Of a stretch of DNA of 64,000 bases, positions 51,593-63,848 are shown one piece after another. This DNA is from Hemiscyllium ocellatum (taxonomy: Eukaryota). Positions within the stretch are counted from its first letter, which is position 1, and every line of letters begins with the position of its first letter. The stretch spans positions 47,827,131 to 47,891,130 of the forward strand of contig NC_083416.1 of the NCBI RefSeq assembly GCF_020745735.1. The letters are read 5' to 3'. Position numbers and translations under genes: made by a program. Under the pieces are notes generated by a model. The model saw only the letters and a list, made by a program, of their open reading frames with translations, had not been told where the DNA came from and did no database searches.

Positions 51593-54500
51593 GTAGGAAA
51601 GAGGATGCTTTAAAGTTTGAACCAAAAGCAACTACCTGTGTCATTTTATTGACCAGTAGCTTTGCTAATATGTCCTCTACAGGTATAAATGCACACTGAT
51701 CAGTTTCCTTCCCTAGTCTAAAACTACCATCCAATTCTGAACTAAGATTGGTCAGAAGTAACTACGGAAAATTTTCTGCTAGTACATTCTTGGCATGGAG
51801 CCACACTGACCGGCAGCGCTTTTCAAGATCGAGAAGTTTTTGGTTTCACGTCTTCAGTTTCAGGTTTATGCACACTTAGCAGGCACTTTAAGATGGCATA
51901 TATGATTGGAAAAATATCCTTCAAATCTAGGCAAAGATAGATTAAACAGTGTGTTCCTCTATAGTTGGCAAAAAATCTTGTCAACTAGCAATACTGGAGG
52001 CATTGCATCCAATAAAGCATTCTCCGTTATTGTGGTATCGAGGTATTGTTTTAATTTGTTCTTGGGATGTAGATCATACTTTAAGGGACCAATCAAGCGA
52101 AGCAGAAATGAGGAAACCTTTTTTTCTGAGGGCTGAGGGGTTTTGGAATTCCCTCCCTCAAAAGGTCGTGGATGCAATATCTTTAAATATTTTTAAAGCA
52201 GAGGTAGATCGTTGATTACCGAAGGGATAAAAGATTATCTGAGATATGCAGGAGTGTAGAGTTGAAGTTAAAATCAAATCAACCGTGATCTTATTCAATG
52301 CCAGAAAAGGCTTGAAAGTTTGAGTGGCCCATTCTTGTTTTTTGTTGTTCATAACGGTAGTATTGTCATGGCCTCTCATTGCTCACTTATCTGCTGTGCA
52401 AAGATGGTGGTGGGCTTTCTTAATTGCTGCAGCTCTATAGAGTTTCATAATGGTGTCAGGTTGGTTAATTGAGAACTTTGGCTAGTTATGATGAAGGAAT
52501 GTGGTACTATGAATGTGGAGCTAGCAGTGATTGTTTTACATATTTCATTCATGGAATATGAGTATCGGAATCTGCAGCTGACCCCTACCTAACTTGTGAG
52601 TCATTGATTCCAACTCCACAGAAACATAAATCCGTGCCCTAGGGACAGTATGGGACAAATCATACAGTCCTTGTGCAATCCGATGACTGGTAGATATGAC
52701 TTGCTGTCTCTGTAGTCGTTTGGGATGCTGCTAAGGCAGCAGTAGACGAAGAGGGTATTTCGGAGTCAGTTAACCAGAGAAGGCAATGTCACGGTATGAA
52801 TGATCAATGACAAGGGCTTAGGATGTTGGGTGTAATGGAATGTGGGTGCAAGAAGTATAGATAAACAAGTTGAGGGATGTGGAGGGTGAGGCAGTACTGT
52901 CCAAATGTAGATGAATCTTGGTGTCGGCTGACAAATGAAATGTTTGGAGTTTCTGGTGATTTTAAATTGGTATAGAGTTGGGTACAATCTGAGGTAAGGA
53001 AATTCAAAATATCATAGGGGCAGATTATGAGATCTAATGGAAACTCTAAGGATGATTTTGATGTGGGCAGTGCTCAAGGTGGATGGGAATAGAATTGATG
53101 GTGGTGGGCATGGTTGGAAGGTGGTGGGTTCACAGATCACGGGCATATTTTCACAAATCCTTTGTAGATGCAAGAAGTGCAGTTGCAAGTGAAAGGAGGC
53201 CTGTAGGATGGATGGAGTTTTAGTGAGTGCAATTGGAGGAGCAAGAAAACTCGCTGCTTAGCAGCTGCATGGGCAAACTCCATATACACATGCTCTTAAA
53301 TAGTTTTTTGCTTTATTTCTCATAGTTCACTGGTAGAATACTTTTCTGTCAATGAGCCCAAATTTTCTACAATTCTCTGAAGGAGAGGTTGAAACAAAAG
53401 AGGGACCTCACCAGTCAATAACTGAAGCTTTAAGGCCAGTAGCAGGAAGCATCCAAGGAAAGGCCAGCCAAGCAGGGAACGTATAGCCAAAGGCAGCCAT
53501 TGGCATGGCAGTGTCTTCGGTATGTGGACAAACTGTCTGAGAATCAGGGCCAGAGACACCTGAGGATGTCCTGGGAAACACTGCAATTTGCCAGATCCTG
53601 TCCTGTAGCAAGGCCTGTTGTCATGATGTTAGAATTTGGTAGAAAGTACAAGAAAAGGCTATGAAAATGAAGAATTGAGGATACAGGACAATGGGAGGGA
53701 AAATGTGAAGAAATTAGACGTGGTGCAGAGATTTATAGAAAATCCTCCAAGGATGAGAGCCTTCAGTTACATAGTTAGATTGGTGAAGCTGTGGCTACTG
53801 TCCTTAATGGAGAGGAGGTTGAGAGAACATGTGATGGCAGTGCTCAAAATCTGAAGATAATAGATAAAGAAGGACTGTTCTCATCGGTGAAAAGTTGCGA
53901 ACAGCAAGACAGTGAATTAATATATCTTATAGCAAAAGCATGGTAGAAGAGATAACAAGAAACCTCCTTAATACAATAAATGGTTAGCATTTAAAAAGCA
54001 TTACCTGAGAGTAGAGTGGAGGCAGATTAGAATTTGATAATTATTTAAATCTAAAAAGACATCTAAAAAGAGAACATTGTATGGCTATAGTGAAAAGACA
54101 AAGAATGCAACTAGCTGAGTTGCTCATCCATAGTGTGGCCAGGAAAAAGGCAGGCTTCAAGGCCTCCTTCTGTGCTATTATCATTCTATACTTTTATGAT
54201 TTAATATTACATTTGAAGTACTCTGGAAGTAGCTAGCAAATTTGAGCTGCGTTTGTCATCATTTTCTGCAACATTTTGAATTGCTGGAAGTGTGGGACAT
54301 TTAAATAACATCATATTTCTCAAATGGCATCTTGATACTGTGATTTTATTGAATTTTGATGCAAACTATTTAAAAGGTGAATGTGCATTTCAGCTTAGTA
54401 TGAATGGCCTCAACTTTCCTGCCTATAAAGCAATTACAGCATATCAATTGACTCATCTACTAATTCCTAACCTCAATTTCTGTCAAGGTTTGAAACGATT

Positions 54501-54775
54501 GATTTAGAATGTTGTTTACATTCAACACCAGTTGCTCTGTCAAGTCAAAAAACTTGCCTAGTTCAGGCCATATTCTAGGTCAGAATTATTATTGTCATAT
54601 TCTGAATAATAGTGTCAGGTTCTCCTTAGATGCCAGTCTGTATGATCAGTTGTATTGGCCCAATTCCAGTTTTTAAAAGTTTTTGAATTCTAGTCTGAAG
54701 TGTAGAGCAGGGATACTTATGAATGCTGTAATCTAATTCCCCTTTTCCTGATAGTTTGTGTTCTTGACCAAGTTT

Positions 54776-55095
54776 GACACTTCAGTGTAGTACTGAGAGC
54801 ATCCTGCACTATGGAAAATGCCATGTTTTAGATGAAAAGTTAAACTGAAGCCTCAACTGCACCTTCCGGTGAAAGTAAAAATTTGTATGGCACTAATTGG
54901 GAAAAAAAACTGGAGTGTGATATTTGTCTTGTAAACAATATAATTAAAATGAATTATTTGGGGTATATTTTGTTACTGACTGCCAATTCACCTCATTGTG
55001 ATCTTGACCACATTTGAAAAGTCTACTTCCTAGACTGCAGAGTGCTTTGAATGTCCTGAATTTGAGAAAGGCACTGCGAAGGTGCTTGTTCTTTT
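54776..55095 (+). mobile_element. Deu-domain SINE (core and 3' part); another copy at about 60215-60520
   Basis: gacacttcagtgtagtactgagagc..tgcact..gatgaaaagttaaactgaagcc..gtaaaa..atggcacta. Confidence 0.7.
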
Positions 55096-56200
55096 TAGTA
55101 ATTTGCTTTTGTTTATAAAACAAAAATTCTAATGGCCTTCATTGTGACTTTATTTATCTGTAATCTCACACTCCGGAAATGATTTATATATTTTGTATTT
55201 GTTTAGGAACTTACATAAAGCAAAATGTATTTCAGAACAAATCTCAAATAGTACAGTCTATATTTGAAAAAATTGGCAAGATCTGTTGTTTCAACTTTAA
55301 ACAGTAGCATGTGAAAGCAAGTCTTTTGCTTTGTCCATAATAACTGTTGGACAAGCTTGGCCATGGAGTAATAAAAACAATTTTGGAAATGTAATTTTGG
55401 TTTCTTGATTATTTGTTTTTCAGGTTTTTTACTAGCAGAATTGTTTGAGAAACTATTTAATTTAAACATTTTTGCCTAAATGAAGCTAATCCAATTTAGT
55501 GGAGAAAACACTTTGATCAGCAGAAGCTCCACAGTAGCTGATATTAAACAGTATTAAATACACCATGTCAGAAATAAAATCCGGCACCCAAAGAGCATTT
55601 CACCTCGCTAGAAATCCTTTAAAAAATTGCATCCTTTATGTACTGTACGGTTTTTTTTCTTTATAATGTGCTTATAGAATGTGAGTACAGCTGCAGTTTA
55701 CTTCATTACTATTTTATGTCACTTTGTAACTCCCCTCTGTTATAGATTAAACAAATAGATAATAGTCCTTTGGTTAAAACAAATCCTGAAAGCCAATGAA
55801 AGAAAGGAATTTAACTTGGTCAATCGCCTTGAAGTAGAGACTATTGGCCTTTTAATCCATTACTTTTCAGGTGAATGTACTTTCTGAATTATTAGTTTTT
55901 CTGTAAAGTTATGTCAACTTTTCTGAGTTTTACAGATATGGCATATAATGACAGAACAATAGTGGAAAATTCAAAAATGCTTTTAGAATCCCAGCTTATT
56001 TGCAGAAGAAGTTAAATAGAAATAGAGAGCCTTGTTTCCCTTGCATGTGAGAAGTCAAAATTATAGCAGATATTATATTAGGTCTTATGACGTAAATTAT
56101 GGAGACATCTTATAATGCCAACACTGAATTATTTCCGTAACCAAGAAGCTTTGCTGATACTATTTGAGTTTTAATACAGATCTGCTGCTTATGTTTACAG

Positions 56201-56318
56201 GTGATGATAGTGGTCGGTGGTCAGGCACCTAAAGCTATACGAAGCGTGGAGTGCTACGACTTTAAAGACGATCGTTGGAATCAAGTAGCAGAGCTTCCTT
56301 CCAGAAGGTGCAGAGCAG
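56201..56318 (+). CDS. KLHL3: KLHL3 coding exon (human exon 9 equivalent), first kelch repeat
   Basis: gtttacag|GTG ATG ... GCA G|gtatgc; 118 nt; VMIVVGGQAPKAIRSVECYDFKDDRWNQVAELPSRRCRA(G); not in the ORF track. Confidence 0.96.
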
Positions 56319-57437
56319 GTATGCACAGTTCCCTTTATTAAACTAAAAATTCTGTTTACTTTAGAGCTTCAAATACAAAGTAATGAAAACAGGCAAATAA
56401 TTTTATTGCACATTTATCTGTCTTGATTCAAGTGTATTAAGTAAATTGGGATGTAAGTAAGTAAGTTAAATAAAGACCCTGATCTCTTGGGTGAAATGGC
56501 CTGTTTCTATGTTGCAAATACTTTGTAAAATTGTCAACTTGACTCAGTTCTCAGCCTTATTTCAAGGGTAGTGTTTAGAATTTTTTGGCTGATAATGACA
56601 AATCACTGTAGCACATTGTTAGAGATGCCATAGTTTAGATAAGTCATTATATTTCAATGTAGTTCATTCATATTTTACCTTGTCAGTTGTAATTATTAAA
56701 GTTCAACTCCATTTGAAACTTAATAACAACAGTTATTAATGTGATATTTCCGCAAATTAGAGAGATGTATGTTCATTTTCCATAAAGTTACCATAGACAT
56801 GAAACTTAATTGGAACAACAGTTAAGTATTATGGCTACAACAACAGGTCAAAGATTGTGAAATCTGTGACAATTAACCCACCACGTAACTCTCTAAAAAT
56901 ATAAACACAATGTACAAGATATAAACATGGTAAGAGTATGATGAACCACTCTTTCCATTTGCCTGATTGAGTGCAGCTCCAGCAGCATTCATGAAACTTA
57001 ATACTGTCCAAGACAAGCCAGCCACTAGATTGGTACTCCATCCACCAGTAAGCACTCCCAACACTACCAGTGCCAAGTGGTGGCATTATGTACCATATAC
57101 AAGATGCACTGAAGCAACTCCAAAATCTGTAATCTGTATTGACTGGTAGGAGCAGAGGTGCCAATCAGAAGGTCTTAAACGACTTACAAAACATTAATAA
57201 ATTTGCAGAATGGACATACATTAAAATTCATTTGTCAATAAGGTATTATATTATAATAATATATGATACCGTGTTTGTACGTATGACACCATGTATACCT
57301 GAGGAAATGACGTTGTCATCGGAAGTAACTAACGTTGTGTTCCGTGAGAAGCTTGTCTTCTGTGGAATGCTATTTGACTTTTTTTGCCTTTTATGTAGTT
57401 GGTATATTTGCGGTACTGTCAGTTATGAAATAACGCG

Positions 57438-57636
57438 ATAGTTCAGTTCTCGTGCGATCCCTTGTTATAAGAAAATCGCGCAATAGCCACACCATCTAAA
57501 TGAATAGGGCCAGACTTGCATTATAGCCAATACAGGTTAGGAAAATAAAGATTCTACAAATAACGGTCTAAATTCTTCAATTGCATTAAAACTAATTTGC
57601 ATTGAATAAATAAGTGTTATGATAGCACCTAATGTA
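57438..57636. mobile_element. Possible Tigger-like MITE remnant
   Basis: Repeated gttata/gcaatagc/cattatagc subterminal motifs, ends in ...tgta; a similar short piece lies at about 28870-28930. Confidence 0.45.
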
Positions 57637-58299
57637 TATGAATCTGTAGCGACATGCATGAATTTCCTTACATGCCATAGGTGGCTCCATCTTAGACCCA
57701 AATTCATCTTTGAAATGAAGCAGTCATGGGTTTTTCAACTGCTGCCTACCATAAATCTACCTTAGTGGTCAGTAATGCATTGGGATTCCTACTGCTCCAA
57801 GTGCTACAAGATCAGCACTATTGGCAACCTTGTAAGTAGGGTCCCAGCCATTTGCTCACTGTGCAAATGTAATGCTGAATTCGGACACATCAATGTCATT
57901 CTGCCACAGGATGGCTACCTCAATAAGATTATTTTTGCTGTATGTCTAGTAGGCTCACGAAGAAGTCTAAAGCTATCATATATGGTCTTGAAAAGTACCC
58001 AAATTACCATAGAAAGGCAAGATATCTTAAAAGTTTGGGCAAAAGAAAAAACTATTATGCTCATACAATGCAGTAACAGTGAAGTGGTGTTTGTTACGAA
58101 CAATATCGCAAATTAGTAACGTGGTGTAAGAAATTCAGTATTGGTGCAATACCAAGTATGTGAGCTGTACATCTCCAAGACTTATGGATCTAGTTTAAAT
58201 GGTATATCCCTTTGGCTGTTCACAACAAGCAAACTACTAACTGCATCCGTAGAACACTGCCCAACATTAGATGTAAATCTTTGATTGGATAACATTTAT

Positions 58300-58690
58300 A
58301 GTCGGAGAGATGTACAGCATGGAAACAGACTCTTCAGTCCAACTTGTCCATGCCGACTAGATATTCCAACCCAATCGAGTCTCATTTGCCAGCACCTGGC
58401 CCGTATCCCTTCAAACCCTTCCTATTCATCCATTCAGATGCCTTTTAAATGATGCAATTGTACCAGCCTCCACCATTTCCTCTGGAAGCTCATTCCATAC
58501 ATGCGCCACCCTTTGCATGAAAACGTTGCCTCTTGGGTCTCTTTTATATCTTTCCCCTCTCACCCTCTAGTTCTGGACTCCCCACTCCAGAAAAAAGACT
58601 CTGTCTATTTATCCTATCCATGCCCTTCGCAATTTTATAAACCACTAAGGAAAACAGCCTCTGCCTTTTCAACCCAATAATCCTGTAAAT
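58300..58690 (-). mobile_element. CR1 (HER1-like) 3' fragment
   Basis: agagatgtacagcatggaaacagac terminus; homologous to 13184-13600. Confidence 0.85.
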
Positions 58691-60544
58691 GTTAAGAATT
58701 ATGATGACCAAATAATTTGAAACTGTCAGTTGGGCCTGCAGTGTGGCATGCATGTGTGTACTGGAAGCTCCATATATTAATATACAGGGCTGTGTTCTTT
58801 TCTGACAAAAGGAACATGTATGCACATAGTCTATTTCAACTTAACAAAGTAGGTGGTAACCATTCTCTGGTTCGATGTAAGGGCAATACCTTGATCAACC
58901 AAAATCAACTTGCTTGGTTTAAGGTTTAAAAAAAGCAGTACAGTTAAATCACTATCTAACTGGTTTAGCCTTGATAGCAATGCCTCCACAAATAAGAGTC
59001 CACTTGCTAAACAATGCCTTGACTCTTCTGTTATATAATGTGGTGCGTTCTCTTTGGATTGATGTTCTTTTGAATTGTCCTGATGAATGCATGATGAAAA
59101 GCTTTGACAAATGCCTTTTTAAGCAATACATTATGCTGAAGTTATGTAAAGAAAAATTATAAAGTAGCATAGTAGAAAATAATCTGTGTGGAATAAAGGA
59201 ACAACTATTTAAAAGTACATTGCACAAATTACTGTAAGCAACAGCCCACGTTAGTAAGAACATTAAATATAGCAAACTGAGCACGAAGGGTTATTTGGAG
59301 AGGGATTGAATTGAAACTTGTAGACATATATTTTTGGTTATATCATACTTGTATTAGGCCATGCAATTCTGATCATCACATTTTAAAAAGAAAATAGAGT
59401 CACTATAGGCAGGTTGTTTTTTAAATAAAAGATTTACGAGAATAACAGAATTATGAGATTATTCCTATTGAAATGAGTGAACAGGCTTGGTCTCTTCTGT
59501 CCTGAAAAGAAAAGGCTTGATGGGCGATCTAACAAAGGTTTACAAAATTATGAAATGTCTTGGTAAACTAAACACAGTGTGTTTCCATTGTGGAGAGGGG
59601 CAATATAAAATGGTTACATAAATGTCAGATTGGGAATTCAAAAGAATGAGGAGTATATGGAGCTTGCTGCCACAGGATGAAGTGGTTGAGTCAATTTTGT
59701 AATAAGAGGCTAGATAAACTTCATCAGAAACCTCCTTTCCTAAGAGCAGGTGAGGTTTTGATGAGGTGGATGCTGAAATTATGTGGAAAACATGAATTGG
59801 GGACACAGTTAAACTTAAGGTGTCTTCTATTTAAGATGCAACAGAGCAATAATTTGTTTTTTTCTGAGACTTGAGAGTCTTTGGAACTCCCCCAGACAGT
59901 GTTGGAGGTAGGGTCATTGAATACAAGGAAGTCAATGGCTATTAGGGGTAGGTGAGAATGTGATGTGGAAACTATAATCAGATCAGCAATATTGTTATTG
60001 AATGGTGAGGCTGTAAGGGCTAAATGGTGTACTCCTACTCCTAGTTTGTATGATAGATTTTGCAGAAAGATGGGAGACTCCAGTTGAGCATAGATTAGCT
60101 GGCACAAATTGCTTGCTTCTGAACTGTGATCAGTTATGTAATACAAAATATATTGCTTTAGTTTTGAAGCATCGAATGAATTTGAAAATGTAAGAAATGC
60201 AAGTCCTTATAATCTAGGCTGACCCTTTACAGTAACATTGGGGAAATGCTGTCTTTTAGATTATATATTAATCCAAGCTATCTATTGTGATTTAGGTAGC
60301 CATTCAGAATCAGTGTCATCATTCAAAGAAGAACATAAAATTACCCGAAGTTCTTCCAATATTTTCCCTTCAATCATTATTAAATGATTATTCTTTTCAT
60401 TGCAGTTAATTGGTTCTTGCAATATACAAATTAGGTATATTTCAATGAGAGTTGCTGCATCTCACATTGCGAGATAACAGTGACATTTAGTGCAACGCCA
60501 TGTGAGTGCAAATTCCTTTTTGTCCTAATGTTGAATCAGTGCAC

Positions 60545-61240
60545 TAGAGATCTGGATGCCCTAGTGCATGAATTGAAGAAAATTAATCTGCAGGTATAGG
60601 AAGTGATCAGAAAAGCTAACAGAATGTTATATTTTATTGCGAGGGGAATTGCAAGAGTGGTGAGGATATGTTTCAGTTATACAGGTCATTGACAATATCA
60701 AATCTGGAGTGCTGTGTGCAAAACTGGTCCTTAGGGAAGAATGTTAATGCATTAGAAGCAGCTCAGAGAAGGTTTACTAGACTAATACCTGGAATGAGTA
60801 GATTGCTTTATGAAGCAAGGCTAGATAGTCTGGGCCTGTATCATCTGTGGTTTAGAAGAGTCAGAGCTGACTTTATATTAGCATATAAAATCCTAAGGGG
60901 ACTTGACTGAGTGGTTGTGGAAAGAATATTTCCTCTTGTGCAAAATTAGGGGTCATTGTTTAAAAATAAGGAGTTGTCCATTTAATTCAAGTGAGGATTT
61001 TTTTTCTCTGTGGGTTGAGAGTCTTTGGAATTCCCTTCCTCAAAAAGCTATTGATGAAGAATTTTAAAATATTTTAAGGCAGAGTTGGGTAGATTCTTGA
61101 TTACCAAGGAGATGAAAGATCTTTTGGGCGTATTCAGGAAAGTGGAGTTGAGGTCAAAATCAGTTCAGCTAGAATCTTATTGAATTGTGAAGTAGGGCCA
61201 GTGCAGAGTGGCCTGTTCTTGTTCCTTGTTTGAATGTTTG
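60545..61240 (+). mobile_element. CR1 LINE 3' fragment (older similar pieces at about 52040-52350, 53630-54200, 59280-60050)
   Basis: MFQLYRSL..LECCVQNW..NALEAAQRRFTRLIPGM. Confidence 0.85.
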
Positions 61241-62149
61241 TATAATACTGTTATGAAGCAGAAGGTGTTGGAGAAAGTCAGCAGAAGAGAGAGAAGCTAT
61301 TCACATTTCAAGTCCAGCAGGACTTGTCTTCATATCGAAACATTAACTGAGTTTCTCCAGCGCTTTCTGTTTTTATTCAGGTTTTCAGCACCTGCAAAGC
61401 TTTGTTTTGATCTGAGAGTATAATACTATTAATTTAAGTTAATGCAATCACTGGCAAACCTGACGATATTAATTATCTTCAGTTTACTTTTCGGTCAGAA
61501 CAAACTTCATAAATTTTGGGGAATATATGCTGAATAGGTACATAAATGTTCTGTCATCCTGTTGCAGAAAGGCAATCTGTAGTATTAAATAGTTTGCAAA
61601 ATTGAACAGCTTATTTTTCCGAGGGGAAAGCGTCGTTACTCCTTGTGTTTATTGGACTTTTCATTGCTGAGCTTTGTAACAAAGCTCCCTTAAGCTCCTT
61701 AGAATTAGATTATACTACTGAAACAGAATGTACAACATTATATGCTTATTGATTTGGCCTGTCCAGTTTTTGTGCTTCTTTTCAGCAACCTCAGATAGTT
61801 AAGACATTGACATTGCCATTGGAAAATATAATCTCCAGATTTTAGGCAATACTTTTCAGGGCAAACCTGCAAAAGAATGAAAACTGGTCTCTTAATGTTT
61901 TATGTTAACATCTATTGCCCTGAAAATAACCATTTACAAAACAATTAAAGAGGGCACAGCCCACAAAAACAGCTTTGATATACAGGAAACTGAGACACAA
62001 ATGCCACCATCATGCTGTGTGGCACTAATACCCATGCTAAATTGGATAGATTCAGACCAGATCGAGCAGCTGCAAAATGGGAGCCATGAGGCGCTGTGAA
62101 CTCCCAGTAGCAACAGAATTACATTCAAACACTCTCTCAATGCTCATGT

Positions 62150-63800
62150 TCTGGTACATCCATTAATCTACCATTACTATTAAGTTAGGGGATCAACCCT
62201 AGTTCAGTGTGGAGTGCAGGAAAGCATGCTAGAGCAGCAGCAGGCATACGTAAAAATGACATATCAACCTGGTGAAGCTTCAGAACTGAACTAGGTGCTG
62301 TTTTCAATCTAACAATCAACTGATTAGATCAAAGCTCTGCAGTCCTGTCACGTCTCATCATTTATGGTAGCGAACAACTCAGCAACCAGTAGGATGAGGA
62401 AAAACTCTGCTAATATCCTAATCCTCAGTAATGAGTCAATCCAGTGTAAAAGGCAAGGCTGAAGCATTTGCAACCATCTTCAGAAAGTGCTGAGTGGATG
62501 AACCATCTTGGCCTGTTCCTGAGATACACTTAACTAGCAATAACCTATTCTCAAAAGCCCAGTTTGGCATTTGCAAGAGCCATTCGACTTCCTAACCTCA
62601 TTATAGCCTTGGTGCTAATATAATAGGAAAAGAGCTGAACCCTTATGAAATGGGAGTGATTGCCTTCAACATCAAAGCAAGATTTGACTGAGGGTAGAAT
62701 TGAAGAGCCTGGCAAAATTGAAGTGAATGGTAATTGGAGAAAGCTCTACTGGTTGGACTGATTTGGGGATGCTGGTGTTGGTCTGGGATGTACAAAGTTA
62801 CAAATCACACAACAACAAGTTATAGTCCAAGTTTAATTGGAAGTCCTAGCTTTCGGATGGTCACAACTACCTGATGAAAGAGCGGCGCTCTGAATGCTAG
62901 TGCTTTCAATTAAACCTGTTGGACTATAACCTGGTGTTGTGTGATTTGTAACTACTGGTTGGAGTTTTACCTAATACAAAGGAAGATAATTGTGGTTGTT
63001 GGAGATCAATCAATTCAGTCCCTAGACATTGCTGCAGGAGTTCCACAGTGTAGTGTCCTAATCTCTTCTGTCTTCACCTGCATGATTAATGACCTTCCCT
63101 CCATCATTAGGTTTGAAATGGGGATGTTCACTGGTAGTTGTATTCTGTCTAGTACTAATTTACAGCACCCTGGAAACTGAAGCAAGAAGTGCTCATCTGA
63201 GTAAGACTTGGACAGCGCACAGACTTGGTCTGATAAAGCAGCAGATAATGCTTATGCCATATGAATGTCAAGCAATGTGCTTCCAATAAGAGAAAATCTC
63301 TCAATGCCATTACTAAATCCCTGATTATCTACTTCTGGGGATTACTTTTGATCAGAAACTTAACTGAACTAGCTACATAAATATTATGACTATACGTGTA
63401 GCTCAAAGGCAAGGAGTTCTGCAGCAGATTATTCATTGGTCCCCAAAACCGGTTTACCATTTAAATATAAGAGGAAAATTAGGAGTGTGATAGAATACTC
63501 TCTACTTGCTTGGCTCAGAGGAGCTCCAACAACTCTCAAGAAGATCAATACCAGCCAGGACAAAGCAGCCTGCTTGATTGTCACCCCATCTATCATCTTA
63601 AATGTTTACTTGCCCTCCTACCAAAGCACATTCACAGCAGTGCGTGCTTTTACAAGAAGCACTGCAGCAACTTGACAAGCTTTTTGTCGACAGCACCTTA
63701 CAACAGTAACGTCTTCTCCAAGAAGGGCGAAGATAGAGGGTTCATGGGAACACCAAATTGCTTTCTGAACCACACGCTTTCTTGACTTGAGAGACTTTAT
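62150..63800 (+). mobile_element. L2/CR1-group LINE fragment hosting a PLE mini-element
   Basis: AGVPQCSVL..FTCMINDLPSII; RSVIEYSLLAW..PTTLKK..QDKAACLI. Confidence 0.8.
62758..62953. mobile_element. Palindromic PLE-derived mini-element (family B), 12-bp TSD
   Basis: TSD ctactggttgga (62746-62757, 62952-62963); inverted arms; degenerate hammerhead ctgatgaaagagcggcgctctgaatgctagtg. Confidence 0.88.
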
Positions 63801-63848
63801 GAGGGTGGTTTCACAATCATTAACTGTACCCAAATCTGGAAGTATGCC

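Noticed and set aside
53320-53611. Possible Harbinger transposase remnant (IWQIAVFP...)
   Set aside because: Similarity is too weak to support without a profile search.
8261-62877. C/D-box snoRNAs suggested by recurring TGATGA/CTGA motifs
   Set aside because: The motifs are the CUGAUGA hammerhead core inside multi-copy PLE repeats, with no C-to-D box arrangement and terminal stem.
9711-62963. CRISPR array or prokaryotic REP/terminator interpretation of the palindromes
   Set aside because: The context is a eukaryotic intron, there is no regular repeat-spacer periodicity, and the palindromes are explained by PLE inverted ends.
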